Shown: piece after piece, positions 37,672 to 50,066 of the stretch
Position numbering within the stretch: position 1 is the first letter of the stretch
How the letters are laid out: the number at the start of each line of letters is the position of its first letter
From: Podarcis erhardii
Lineage: Eukaryota
Assembly: GCA_964252035.1 (NCBI GenBank)
Contig: OZ176201.1
Reading direction: 5' to 3' (one strand)
Length of the DNA stretch: 64,000 nucleotides
The notes under the pieces: model-generated
Told to the model about the DNA's origin: nothing
Databases searched by the model: none
What the model saw: only the letters and a program-made list of their open reading frames with translations
Made by a program: the position numbers and the translations under genes

Positions 37672-38070
37672 ATCAATCAATCAATCAATCAATCTGCCCT
37701 GGCTAACACCAGTAAAATTACAGTAAAACCATAATAGAGGAAAGAAGGGGGGGCAATTTAAAATACAGGTTAAAATGCAATTTAAAATGCAGCCTCATTT
37801 TAAAAGTAGCCCATGGATCAAAACCATAAAGGGAGGGAAAACGTAAGGGTCAGACTGAATCCAAACCAAAGGCCAGGTGGAACAGCTCTGTCTTGCGGGC
37901 CCTGCGGAAAGATGTCAAGTCCCGCTGGGCCCTGGTCTCTTGTGACAGAGCATTCCACCAAGTCGGGGCGAGTACTGAAAAGGCCCTGGCCCTAGTTGAG
38001 ACCAATCTAACCACCTTGCGACTTAGGGCGGGGTATAAATAAAAATTATTTTATTTATTTATTTATTTAG
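37672..38070. mobile_element. L2 3' insertion with internal inversion, 9-bp TSD TGGTCACCA
   Basis: TSD at 37663-37671 and 38071-38079; 37694-38022 is L2 3' sequence on the minus strand; 38025-38070 is the L2 terminal AGGGCGGGGTATAAATAAAAATT(TTTA)n on the plus strand; (ATCA)5 at the left junction. Confidence 0.8.
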
Positions 38071-38340
38071 TGGTCACCACCAGAGGGAAATTATTTTTCT
38101 TTGAAATTTCTCTGGATTGTTATGAACTACATGTTTCTGCTCAGAGAACTGTGGGATAAATCCAGCCTCATATAACCAACATGCTTAACTCTAATGAATG
38201 CATGAAGAGGTTAAAAGCATAGAGTAAGCTGACCTGCCAGGCTTAGCTAGATCACACTGGGTGGAAGTGTTACCAAACTCTTTGTTCTTTCTCTTTCCAC
38301 CATGTGAACCCAACCAGTATGCATTATATTCAATTATTTA

Positions 38341-39090
38341 TACATACATACATACCCCGCCTATTTGGCTGGGTTTCCCCAGCCACTCGGGGCTGCTCCC
38401 AATAGAATATTAAAAACATGATAAAACATCAAACATTAAAAATTTCCGTAAACAGGGCTGCCTTCAGATGTCTTCTAAAAGTCAGATAGTTGCTTATTTC
38501 CTTGACATCTGATGGGAGGGCATTCCACAGGGCAGACGCCACTACCGAGAAGGCCCTCTACCTGGTTCCCTGTAACTTCACATCTCGCAATGAGGGAACC
38601 ACCAGAAGGCCCTCGGCGCTAGACCTCAGTGTACGGGCTGAATGATAGGGGTGGAGACGCTCCTTCAGGTAGGGCTGCCATACGTCTGGGTTTTCCCGGA
38701 CACATCTGGGATTTGTCCATTGAAAATAGCGTCTGGGCAGAATTTCCAAAAATCATGAAAATGTCCAGAAAAACCTGAAGATATGGCAACCCAAGTCATA
38801 AGTGTTGATTATCTTTTGGCAAATTTTATTAAAAATAGCTTTTTTTGAAATATGGCAACCCTACTTCAGGTATACAGGACCAAATCCATTTAGGGCTTTA
38901 AAGGTCAACACCAACACTTTGAGTTGTGTTTGGAAATGTACCGAGAGCCAAAGTAGATCTGTCCCAGTGGCCGCTCCCAGTCACCAGTCTGGCAGCCACA
39001 TTCTGGATTAGTTGTAGTTTCCAAGTTACCTTCAAAGGCAGCCCCACTTGTAAAACATTGCAGTAGTCCAAGTGGGAGATAACCAGAGCT
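38341..39090 (-). mobile_element. L2 LINE 3' fragment, interrupted by a hAT MITE
   Basis: Minus ORF ...LKERLHPYHSARTLRSSAEGLLVVPSLRDVKLQGTR; L2 3' UTR and (ATAC)n tail at ~38341. Confidence 0.9.
38670..38863 (+). mobile_element. hAT-like MITE with TAGGGTTGCCATA-type TIRs (194 bp)
   Basis: TAGGGCTGCCATA ... TATGGCAACCCTA; flanked by CTTCAGG on both sides; a second internal right-TIR copy (ATATGGCAACCC) at 38781-38792. Confidence 0.9.
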
Positions 39091-39523
39091 GATTCAAGCT
39101 TAGACTGTGTGGCTTAAGCAAGCCATCTTGGCGTTTCTATACAAGTAATGTGAAACTCTCACCATTCTGAAACTTAGTTATGCTGCCTGTCTTTTCTTGT
39201 TGTTGTATGGAAAAGCATGTGAATCTGACGTTTGAAGAGCTTTAAGTAAACAAAAAAATTAACTTACCAAATGTGTTTTCTCTTTCTGTGCTAAGGGAAG
39301 TGGGTAATTTTGGAAGCAACTTAGAAGGAGATATATTATAGGTCTAACAGCCTATATTTCCATGCTTTGCTTTGCTGCATATTTTGTGATTTTAAATCTC
39401 TTCTGTGGTTTTCTCACCTGAGAGTACTTGTCCCAAACCTGGATCTAGACATCCAGGGAATTCTCCTTTCTGTTTTACCAAATGCAAATTATTTCACCAT
39501 TGCATATTTATTTATTTATTTGG

Positions 39524-39689
39524 TTGCATGCACACAATGCATTTAAAGCACATTGCTTTCCCCCAAAGAATCTTGAGATCTGTAGGTTGTTAAGTGTGCT
39601 GGGATTTGTAGCTCTGTGGAGGATAAACAACATTTACTAAAATTCTTTGGGGGAAGTAATAAGCTTTAAATGTGTGGTTTGTACACAGC
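39524..39689. mobile_element. Palindromic MITE
   Basis: Arms CATTTAAAGC...TTCCCCCAAAGAAT / ATTCTTTGGGGGAA...GCTTTAAATG. Confidence 0.7.
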
Positions 39690-40787
39690 TTAGACTTTTT
39701 AAAGATTGCTACCCATGCACAATTTACCTTTGCTGCAGCTTTCTATCCTGTCATGTTTCCCCACATCTAGGCCATTGAAATAATGCACACAATAATTTTG
39801 AGAATATGTTATGCACATGAGAACATCACTATGTGCATTTGTATTTTTATTTATGCTTAATATGCTCTTTCACAATCCGTTGAAATCTTGTGTTAGGAAG
39901 AAGTATATGCAAGAAGTGCTTGTTGTTGTTTTTGTATTGCTGCTGTTGTTTTTAAAAAGAGTAACTGAGACCTTAATGTTTCTCAAATCCAAAAGTTGTT
40001 GACACTAGAAGCACTTCCACAATATCTACAGAGCAGAGAGAGCCATTAAACTCCACTAATAGGTGGGCAATATGACTACTGTGACCCTTGCTTAACAGAT
40101 CTGAACCAGAGTGCAGCTCTGGTTACTTTTAAAAATTGCTTTTGACCAGAAAGCCTTTTGCAGTGCTCCTTATCTCTGCAAATTTTGGAGCTCTGAACGT
40201 CTCTTTTTTAATTTGTCCATTTCCATTTGGTTGGAAAACCTACAACATTCTGCCTGTAATTTCTTAGAGCCTGTTTTCCTAAAACCAAAAACCCGCATGC
40301 TATAATTATAGCTGGCCCTTGTAATTTTATGAACCACTGAAAGGCAATATGATTTTTGAGTACTATGACATGCCCAGAAATTATTCAAGTGAACAATACC
40401 CATAAAAGGTGATGGATACTAAATAATGCCTTTGGAAAGAGCATGTTACTCAGTGTTGGACTGTGGTACAGGTCAGCTTGACCCTGGCTGCCAAGGTAGA
40501 TGGTTGGGTTTTTTAAATGCATGTCTGAAATTTCCCTTAGAGTGGAAATTAACACTATCCTTGACTCCACAAATAGTCACAGATATATCTTTGCATTATT
40601 AGCATGTAACTTCTTCTATGGTTTCCTTTGGATGGATGAAATTACAACTGCTTACGCATATGAAGCTGTTGATAGTAAGAGGAATGACTTTTGCTTCCAT
40701 GGGAGCAGTTTTTGAAAAGGAACAGTTAAATTCTCTTGTTGGTCCTTCAATAAATACTGGCAAACCAGGCACCCCTGTTTATGCAGC

Positions 40788-41112
40788 TGGGTTAAACCAC
40801 AGAGCCTAGGGCTTGCAGATCAGAAGCTTGGTGGTTCGAATCCTTGCGACGGGGTGAGCTCCCGTTGCTCAGTCCCTGCTCCTGCCAACCCAGCAGTTCG
40901 AAAGCACGTCAAAGTGCAAGTAGATAAATAGGTACGCTCTGGCAGGAAGGTAAACAGTGTTTCCGTGTGCTGCTCTGGTTCACCAGAAGCGGCTTAGTCA
41001 TGCTGGCCACATGAGCTGTATGCCGGCTCCCTCAGCCAATAAAGTGAGATGAGCGCTGCAACCCCAGAGTCGTCCTCGACTGGACGTAATGGTCAGGGGT
41101 ACCTTTACCTTT
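40788..41112 (+). mobile_element. Sauria SINE (5' end clipped)
   Basis: GGGTTAAACCACAGAGCCTAGGGCTTG...GGTTCGAATCC B-box; core; ACCTTTACCTTT tail. Confidence 0.93.
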
Positions 41113-41344
41113 ATCTCTTTACCTCTGCCTAAGTGGAGAACTTTACATTTTCTTTTAAGAACTTATGGATTTATGGAAATATGTATGTTCTTCCTTTTTT
41201 ATTATTTTCCTATTTTTAAATTTTGTGTGTGTGTGCCTGTAATTTGTTAGTAAGAAATGGAACTATTTGTAAAATGTAAGAAAACTAATAAAAAGCTTTT
41301 CTTTTCTTTTTTTTTAAAAAAAAACTTTACATTTGTCCCTATTG

Positions 41345-41505
41345 AAATTAATTTTGTTATGTAGTTTTGGCCCAGTTCTCCAATCTGTTAAGGTCATCTT
41401 GAACTCTGATTCTGTCTTCTCTGATATTGGTTATCCCTCCCAGTTTGGTGTCATCTGCAAATTTGATGAGCATCCCCTCCATATTTTCATCCAAGTTGTT
41501 TATGC
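41345..41505 (-). mobile_element. CR1 RT fragment
   Basis: Minus translation LDENMEGMLIKFADDTKLGG...NRIQVQDDLNRLENWAK. Confidence 0.85.
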
Positions 41506-43256
41506 AGAGACTTCCCTGTATGATTAATTCTGTGTTGTTCTGCTTAGTTGACTGAGAGCCATATGAATGCTGGAAAACGGTGACTCATGGTTGTAAAGAG
41601 TCTTTTCAAGGACAAACCAAGGCCATGAGAAGGTGCATGATAAATTTAAGACCCCAGGAAGCTCCTGGACCATTTAAAAACTATTCAGTTTCAGCGTTAA
41701 GGAGTTTCAAAAGCAAAAGATAGATTGATACAGCTCTTTGAAATTAGCTTTCTCTGTTTTGCTTTTAAAGCTGCCTGCTGTGAAATTGTCCCCAAATGTT
41801 TTTTTTTATAATATACAGGAAGCTGCAGGCTGAGTATTTTGGGTTGGATTCAGAGTAGATCTTCTATGAACGGAGGGGACATCCTTCCATTTGCAGAAGG
41901 GATATGCTGGGTCTGAAACTGAGTCAGGGGATCCAACAGAAGCTACAGAAAGGAAAAGGAAAATATTACTTTCACCAATTTCTTTTCCCCTTGCATCCTT
42001 CTATATAGCTTCCTATACTGTTTCAGAGCAGATTTCTGGAGGACTACAGTGGGGAGGGGAAATTGGCAGAAGTGAGAAATCATCTTTCCCTCCTTATGTG
42101 TGTGAGAAAGATTCCATGGGTGGAAATCTACTCTCAGAATCTCTGGACCAGATCTCTACATATTAAAATGAATACTGTTAATAAAAAGTAGAAATTCAAT
42201 TGGAGTGGTTCTTGAGGAGGTTGTGCTTCCCCTAGAGAATCACGTTGGCAAGTTGGGGTTGTTCATCCTTTTCAGTTGAGACACAAGCATCCTTTCTGAT
42301 ACGATACAAAAATGGCCTTGCACTACTGTAACTGCAGCAGCATTGCATTAAACAGTTGTTATGTTTTAATCATTGATGTTTTGTAATGTGTTTCTAATGT
42401 TGTACACCACCCTGAAATCTTTTCAAAAAGGATGGCATATAAATTGAAATAAGGATAATAATAATAATTCATCTCCACTGAATCCCAATAAATTTCTGGA
42501 CCAATTCAAAGTGCTTGTTCTGACTTCTAAAGCTTTCATGGCTTCAGGCTGCAGCATCCTACATCGTTCCTACATGGACTTGGGCTTTTTTGAATTGATG
42601 ATTTCTCAGCTTTTCACCCACTTCAAAATAAGTAGCTTTGTTTCTGCCACATTTCACCAATTTTATTTTTTCTGCTACCCTATCTACCCAGTATACTTGG
42701 GTGATCAATGGAGGCCCTTCTCTAAACACCCTAACAGAGAAATAGCCTTCTCAGCACTGGTCCCTTTTGATAGATTCCTCTCCTTGGAGGGGTTCATCCT
42801 GTGCACACTATAATGTCTTTTCGGCAACAAAAAAACCCAACCTGATTTTTGCAGGCCTTTGGACTCTATTCTTCTAATCTCTCTAGTATTATGCTATCTT
42901 TTAATGTTGTTGTGGAACTTGTTTGGCTTTTAAGACATCTTCTCTGATTTAAAATGATTTAGTGGGAGTGCTGATACTGTATATAGATATACTTATGTGG
43001 ATCTTGTGGTTTTAAACTGATTTTATAGTTTTTGCATGTCACCAAAAGAACAATTGTTATTGAAAGGTATATCTGGTTATATCGATATAGAATTAGTGCT
43101 GGATTCAACTAACCTGTTCCACTAGCAGAAACCAGCATAGGGGGAGATTGTTCCATCGGGAAACAAAATTGCTTCCAGTGAGGGGACAACCAGCACTATG
43201 CTGCATTCCACACGAAATACCAAAGGTCCAAATATGGCAATGGTGTACACATACAA

Positions 43257-44845
43257 TAGGGTTGCCATATGTCCAGATTTTCCCAGACATGTCCTCTTTT
43301 TTTGGGGGGGGGGTTAAAATCTGGGTCCAGGGGGATTTTTTAAAACTTGGCAAAATGTCCAGGTTTTTTTGTTCAGTAGCAGGCCACCTCAGCAGTGGAA
43401 ACAGGAGCCTTGTGGCCCTCGTTTTCTTCAGCCAGCAGAGGAGGCCAGCCCCACTCCAGGAGGACACTGCCATTGAGAAGCACGTTGGTCACTGGGCACG
43501 CCTGGGCAAGCGGGGCGCTTTGCAGCTCCGTGGCACACATTGAAAGCCCTGCTCCGGGCACCTACCCTGCATCCCTGCCACTCTTCCACCACTGGGGCCT
43601 TTGCCCAGCACCTTCTACTGGCACCACGGGTCTACCTCTGGACTCTCCGGGTCCACACCCGAGGCACCTCATTCGAGAGGCTGCTCCCTCTGCATGCCGC
43701 CAAGACTCCCCAAGCCATTGGGGCACCTCCCATCTGTGGTGCCTGGCTCAGGTTGAGCAGGGCGAGCAGCTGGAGAAGCATGGCTGGCACCAGGGCATGA
43801 AGGAGCAGGAGCAGTGTGGGGAAAGGGCTTTCTTGACCAGGACCTGGCATGCTCTAGTGGGGCTTGGGTGTGTGGGGAAGCCCTGGCTGGTGGCAGGCCA
43901 AGGTGAGACCCTGGCGGTTTTGGTTTTCCTCATTTCCTGTGCAAACAACCAGGTGCGGTTAATCCTAATTTTAGGGCCTTGGCTGCAGCCCTAGGACACT
44001 CCTTCATGGGGCAGTGAGGCACGAGTCCCCAGCAAGTTCCAAGCCCCCCTCCCACGGCCCCCCTGGCAGTCTGTGAAGGCAGGTGGGGGAAGCAGCGGTT
44101 GTGCCACCGGAGAGAGCAAACCCATCACCAGAAAGCTGTGGCTGTGAGCCAAAACCCACGAGGCACAGGAGAAGGAGTGTGGCAGCTCTTGGTGCTGCTT
44201 CCATGAGAACCGCAGCTGCTTCATTGATCCCCAGGCAGCTAAGCCCCAGGAGCCTGTTGCTGTGGATTGGACGCCCCACCGCAGTCCTATTGATGTGTAA
44301 TTTGTTTTGCCTTGGGTTGCTTGGATTCGTCCCTATTATTATTATTATTATTTATTGGTGGGCAAGTGCAGAAGAGACTGAAAATGGCAGGGGAAGCTAA
44401 GCCTGAGACAATGAGGGCTTCCCTTTAGGATGCTCCCCTAGCCCTCAGGAATGGCTCCGACCTCCGGATGTGGCTATAACCATCCTTATCCTTATTTTAA
44501 TAAATTAAATTAAACTTAAAAAACCTTCCCCCTCCTTTTTTGGTTTGTTCTTGCATTTTTACTCATTGCCTCCCCCCTTTTCTTCCTTTTCTCTTGGGGG
44601 CGGGGAATCCCCTTCTTCCTGTATATCGGGGGGCCCCTTTTATTTTTATTTTTTACTTTCATTTCCATGTTTTATTTCCATTTTTAAATATTCCCACACA
44701 CATTTTATCTTTTACTGCACCCACAGTATTACTACTATTTTATCTTCCTCCTTCCTCCCCCCTCCCCCCCCCAGCCCACCTACAAATGAGTCCTGGCAAA
44801 TCTGCCCTCTTTTTTATTTTTGCTCTTCAAAATATGGTAACGCTA
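43257..44845 (+). mobile_element. 1.6-kb hAT-like non-autonomous element with GC-rich interior
   Basis: TAGGGTTGCCATAT ... ATATGGTAACGCTA TIRs; 8-bp TSD ACATACAA (43249-43256) / ACATACTA (44846-44853); no transposase motif recognised in the internal ORFs. Confidence 0.8.
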
Positions 44846-45060
44846 ACATACTATATGTGTCACTATCGTACGTGATTGTAGACACATACCTTTAAACACC
44901 TGGGTACACTTGTGTGGGAAGATCCTGTTTCCAGTTTCAGAGCTGCTTTGACTTGCCTACTGAAGCACAGCACACCAAATGTGAGGTGAGATTTAATTAA
45001 AATTTGAAGATGGTGTAAGTTTATTAATAGTAGCGATTATGTAGGCACTCTTGCAGTTGG

Positions 45061-45062
<2 letters not shown>

Positions 45063-45096
<34 letters not shown>
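45063..45096. repeat. (AC)17 microsatellite
   Basis: Direct reading. Confidence 0.97.
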
Positions 45097-45099
<3 letters not shown>

Positions 45100-45824
45100 T
45101 CATTGAGTTCAATTAAATACCAAGAACTACCAGAAACCGGTGTGGCTCAAAGGTGAACAAGAATTTATTGTGTGTACATTGCTGCCCTATACAGTCTGGA
45201 GAAGATATGAATATGCAAAGCAGAGCACATAATGGATTTCCATCTTCTGTTGGAATTGCTAGGAAGGTCTTGTGGACAGGGGGACTTCATTCACCAGCTC
45301 TGGAACAAGGGCATATCCATAATATTCAGTAAAGGTTCCTGAAAGAATTATTATTCAGATGTTGGTTTTCTCTTTGTAGATGAAGCAGAATTAAGAATAG
45401 AGGGCTGCATTAATTTAAAAAAATGTTTATCCTTCAGTGACACTGAGGCTGTAAATGAATAATGGCAGTTCAGGTTAAGAGGCTCTGTTGCTGTATCCTT
45501 CAGCTCAGAAGCAGCATTAGACACAGAATGCTGCATTGCAGCTACATATTTAATTGGGGGGTGTGGGTGTGTTTAGCGTGTTTTAGTTTTTTCTTATTAA
45601 AAGCAGACAATACTAAAGTGAGTGTGGCATATGAGAAAAGGGGAGGAGAGAAAAAGAATATGGCAAAAAAATCGAATTTGACAAAGAAACGAAAAAGAGA
45701 TACTGGCCAATACATGCAGGCAACACTGTAATGTGGAGGAAAGGGGTGGGGGTGGGGATTCCAAATCCTACAGAAAGAAACAAGGAAAATCTTGTGGTTG
45801 CTTCTTACCCCTAATGCACATACC

Positions 45825-46036
45825 TAGAATTGTAGTATTGAGAGGGATCCCAAGGGTCATCTAGTCCCCTGCAATGCAAGGAATCTAAACTGAGGCGTAC
45901 ATGTCAGATGACCATCCAACCTCTTCTTAAAAACCTCCAAGGGAGGTCCACCACCTCCTGAGGGAGATTGTTCCACTGTCAAACAGATCTTACTGTCAGA
46001 AAGTTCTAGCCAGAATCTCCTTTCTTGTGTAAACCA
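45825..46036 (-). mobile_element. CR1 3' end (degraded)
   Basis: TAGAAT tail; minus strand LQERRFWL...FLTVRSV remnant and CR1 3' UTR, homologous to 12241-12480. Confidence 0.8.
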
Positions 46037-46497
46037 AGTGGATTCAAGTTACAAGTGGGTTGCCATAGGATTCTGTCCAAGGCCTGTTGTTGTTCAACGT
46101 CTTTATAAGTGACATAGATGAAGGTGTTTTTTGGGGGGTGGGGGGTTTGCTCATCAAATTTGCAGCAAACTAGCCAATGCCGCAGAAGACAGAATCAGGA
46201 TTCAAGATTACCTTAACCGATTGGAGAACTGGGCCCATACTAACAAAATGAATTACACTAGGGACAAATGCAAGGTTATACACTTAGGCAGGAGGAACCA
46301 GCTGCACAAATGCCAGTTGTACACACGACAAGGATCTAGAGGTCTTAGTAGACCACCAGCTTAATATGAGTCCACAGTGTGATGCAGCAGCAACAAACAC
46401 TATGCTGCTTCAATGGAAATATAGTGTCCCAACTGAGGAAAGTAGTAGTTCCACTCTATTCTTCCTAGGTCAGACCACCCCTGGGATGTTTACTTCT
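46037..46497 (+). mobile_element. CR1 RT fragment, opposite orientation to the adjacent 3' end
   Basis: VTSGLP*DSVQGLLLFNVF ... LIKFAA ... RIRIQDYLNRLENWAHTNKMN...RDKCKVIHLG ... VRPPLG. Confidence 0.85.
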
Positions 46498-46554
46498 GAT
46501 GTCTAGCAAGAGAGATGTGTTCCTGTCCTGACAGTCCACTGGGCAAGCCCAAGT

Positions 46555-46577
46555 AGGGAGGGAAAGAAAGGGAGGGA

Positions 46578-46616
<39 letters not shown>

Positions 46617-46620
46617 GGGT
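46555..46620. repeat. Polypurine (GAAA)n/(GGGA)n tract
   Basis: Direct reading. Confidence 0.95.
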
Positions 46621-46879
46621 GCAGATAAGGAGGTGACAGAAAGAGAAAGACACAAGCAGAGAAAGGATGACAGGAGAGGAGGGAAAATGTTGACCCCATA
46701 CATTTTGATTGTGGTCTTGCCCACTGCTGACTTTGGCTCCACTTGCTGTTGGCAAATAGCTCCCAATAGATTACTCTGAGGAATGAAGCCCTTTGAAGAA
46801 ATGTTGCTCACCCCCGACATGAAGCAACACTTCAGATCCCACCATGATTTCATCATCTTTCCCCTGCCATTATATTATA

Positions 46880-47245
46880 AAGGTAAAGGTAAAGGGACCC
46901 CTGACCATTAGGTCCAGTTGCGGACAACTCTGGGGTTGCAGCGCTCATCTCGCTCTATAGGCCGAGGGACCCGCTGTTTGTCCTCAGAAAGCTTCCAGGT
47001 TATGTGGCCAGCATGACTAAGCTGCTTCTGGCAAACCAGAGCAGCGCACAGAGACGCCATTTACCTTCCCCCTGGAGCGGTACCTATTTATCTACTTGCA
47101 CTTTGATGTGCTGTCGAACTGCTAGGTTGGCAGGAGCTGGGACTGAGCAACGGGAGCTCACCCCGTCATGGGCATTCAAACCGCCAACCTTCCGATCGGT
47201 AAGCCCTAGGCTCAGTGGTTTATACCACCGCGCCACCCACTTCCC
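46880..47245 (-). mobile_element. Full-length Sauria SINE with TSD
   Basis: (AAAGGT)n tail at the left, head at the right; TSD TGCCATTATATT at 46865-46876 and 47247-47258. Confidence 0.96.
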
Positions 47246-48726
47246 TTGCCATTATATTGTATTTCACCTTAATGCCTAGCAATCCGTTTAATAGGCTTTT
47301 AATTCAGTTGTTGCATTAAATATCTGTGAATTCTTCTGGCCACTACATCAGCATTGTAGGATTGGTGAGATCATTGTGCTTTGCGTTGGATTGCCTTCAT
47401 AGTAAGACTGATAGTTCAAGATGTTTATATATATATATAGAGAGAGAGAGAGTAATCCCTCAGTTATGCTTTTGGAAAAAGAAATCCACGCACATCATTT
47501 TGAAGGCATTTTCCTAAACAGCTTTTTAAACATGCTGTATCTACTAGCAGCTGGTCTTGTAAGTGTATTTCCATTTGGGTGGGGTAGGAGTCAATGACCA
47601 ATTCAGAATTCCTTAAAGTATACACTTTAGCATCTCATGAAATTGTGCTGTTTGTGTTACCCCAAACTGTTGCTGTGGAATTGTTTATGCCAGGTTTTCC
47701 ATGCAGCATCAAGGACTATTCAACTGATGGCTTTTTAAATGCACTGTATAGTAAACTGTTCAGTAGCTGGAGGGAGTGACAGAATAATTAATTATATTAT
47801 GTCTTTTGCTTCTGTGCGACAGAGAGAGAGAGAGAGATTGAAAAAATAAGAGCAATGCTGAAATGTATTGCTCCAGTGAAGCCCCTGGCTTACGCATAAA
47901 AGACATGAGTGAATTTAGTACACTATGCAGCACTGCAGGGAACAGTTTAAATCATTCAAAGTAATCATAATATTTCATCCTCCCACATAATTTCAAAACA
48001 GATTGCAAAATAAAACTGTGCTGATGCTAGTAAGCCTTTATAAAATACTTGCACGCATGTATATCACACTGTACAAAGAACCACCCCCCTTTTAAAAGTA
48101 TTTGGCAAATGATTGATACAAGATTAAAAATAGATATAATTGAAAATAGAAACACTGTTGTGTGTTACATAGAGTATCTGATAATGTACACAAAACTATA
48201 TTTTTATTTGGCAGATGGTACTAAATACATAGCATCTATCTATCTATCTATCTATCCATCCATCCATGGGCCCACTGGTTTTATCCAGCCGGGCTCTTGC
48301 ATTCTTTTGTGCTTGGAATAGATTCCACACTTGCCTTGTGTGTTGAGCAACCTAAAGATAAAGCTCTCTCCTTACCTTACCTTTATCCCACACCCTCCAT
48401 TGCTGTTTAAATTGAAATATTGGTTGTCTGGTGTATGTGGGTAGAAGCATAAGAGAAGATTAAGGGAGAGACACACCGCTTTTAAAAGGCAAAAAAAGGG
48501 GCAGCTTTCTTTCTCCCTCGTTTTCAAAGGAATCTGGGAGTAGGGCATATGGAAGGTAAACAAAAAACAAAATGAAAAAGGCCTGGTGAAATGTGTTATG
48601 TGTGTATGTGTGCACATGCTATGTATTTCTGAAGTTGTTGTAAATGGTACGTACAGTAAATATATGTATGGTACATGCATTTATTAAAAAAAATTATACA
48701 AAAGAAAATAAAACTCCAAGCTCATA

Positions 48727-48947
48727 CAGTGGTACCTCGGGTTACAGACACTTCAGGTTACAGACTCCACTAACCCAGAAATAGTACCTCGGGTTAAGAA
48801 CTTTGCTTCAGGATGAGAACAGAAATCGTGTGGCCGTGGTGGCAGCAGGAGGCCCCATTAGCTAAAGTGGTGCTTCAGGTTAAGAACAGTTTCAGGTTAA
48901 GAACAGACTCCCAGAACAAATTAAGTTCTTAACCCGAGGTACCACTA
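48727..48947 (-). mobile_element. Tc1/mariner MITE, family B, inverted relative to the 20291 copy
   Basis: TA TSDs; CAGTGGTACCTCGGGTTA TIR; about 90% identical by eye to the reverse complement of 20291-20516. Confidence 0.95.
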
Positions 48948-50066
48948 TATATTCCGACAGTACTAGTCTTATTGTACAGAGTGGTAGAAACAGAAAATGG
49001 TGCTAAAATGTATCCCTCCCAGATACAAGCTTATTCCCTGTTTCCTCACATGCTCTTCCCCATCTAAGAACCCATTGCTGCTCAAATCTTTCATATTTCT
49101 ACCTTTTATGTTTTCTCTGCTCTGCACAGTATCCCATGTCACATAGTGTTAGTTTTGTATGAAATTGTAAGCATACCATTTCACATAGCCTGAGGATGTT
49201 CTGACCAGTGGAACTGAAGATAGTTAATTATGGGACAGATTCCCAGTTCAGATTAAGCCATGAATTAACTGAATCTTACTGGATGCAAATGTATCAGTTT
49301 CTTATCTGTAAATGGAAGAATAATAACATCTAAAATATGCAATATGTGGGATTAATAAACTAGAGAGTACATACAGTTTTTCAGGTTTAAAAAGTGTAGA
49401 AAATAAGAGCTAGTATCTGATGATGGCTATTACTAGTGAAAAACATTTCCACTTGTACAAGGTTTGGTACACAATTTTTGCCAATCCCTTATTTCTACTC
49501 TGCTACTCAAATAGCTGTTCCTGAGTACAGGATATTGCATAGAGGGCAGCAATTGGTATGGAGAGTCAGTAAAAAAAATGTGTGTCTCACCTTGCAGAAG
49601 TTTTTTTCTGCTTACCCAAATCCACCATTGGATGTGGCTCGAGTTTAGTTATTTCATCCAATATTATTTTCTGTGGCTTTCTCTTCTTTACTATTGAGCC
49701 TTATACAGGGACTTTTGAATTATTTACATGCCATTAATTTGTTCAATTAATCTATTTTGTTGTTGTTTCTGTTCTTCCCAATATTCTGTGTGATCACTAG
49801 ATGAATGATACCCTTCTCTGTAAATTCCCTTTAGTAAATTAATTTTCTCTTTCAGTGTAATAAAAAGTTGCTAAGGAACTGTATTCCTAAACCAATTCTC
49901 TAAATATATAGAACTCTCTGTAATACATTAGCAGAATCTGATCTCGCCAAAAGAGAATAGTAAAAGCAGAAGTCTAATAAACCAAAAATGCTGTAATGAA
50001 AATCTGAAGTTGTACTTTGAAAATGCAGTTTATGTGTGTGTCGACATACTTGGCAGTCACTTTTAA

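Noticed and set aside
38663-38870. Apparent 7-bp TSD (CTTCAGG) suggesting an unusual hAT subgroup
   Set aside because: The same TIR family gives an 8-bp TSD at 43249/44846, and loss of one C from CCTTCAGG explains the 7-bp appearance.
43215-43244. Orphan right-TIR-like AAATATGGCAA just upstream of the 1.6-kb hAT
   Set aside because: No partner left end found; too short to interpret.
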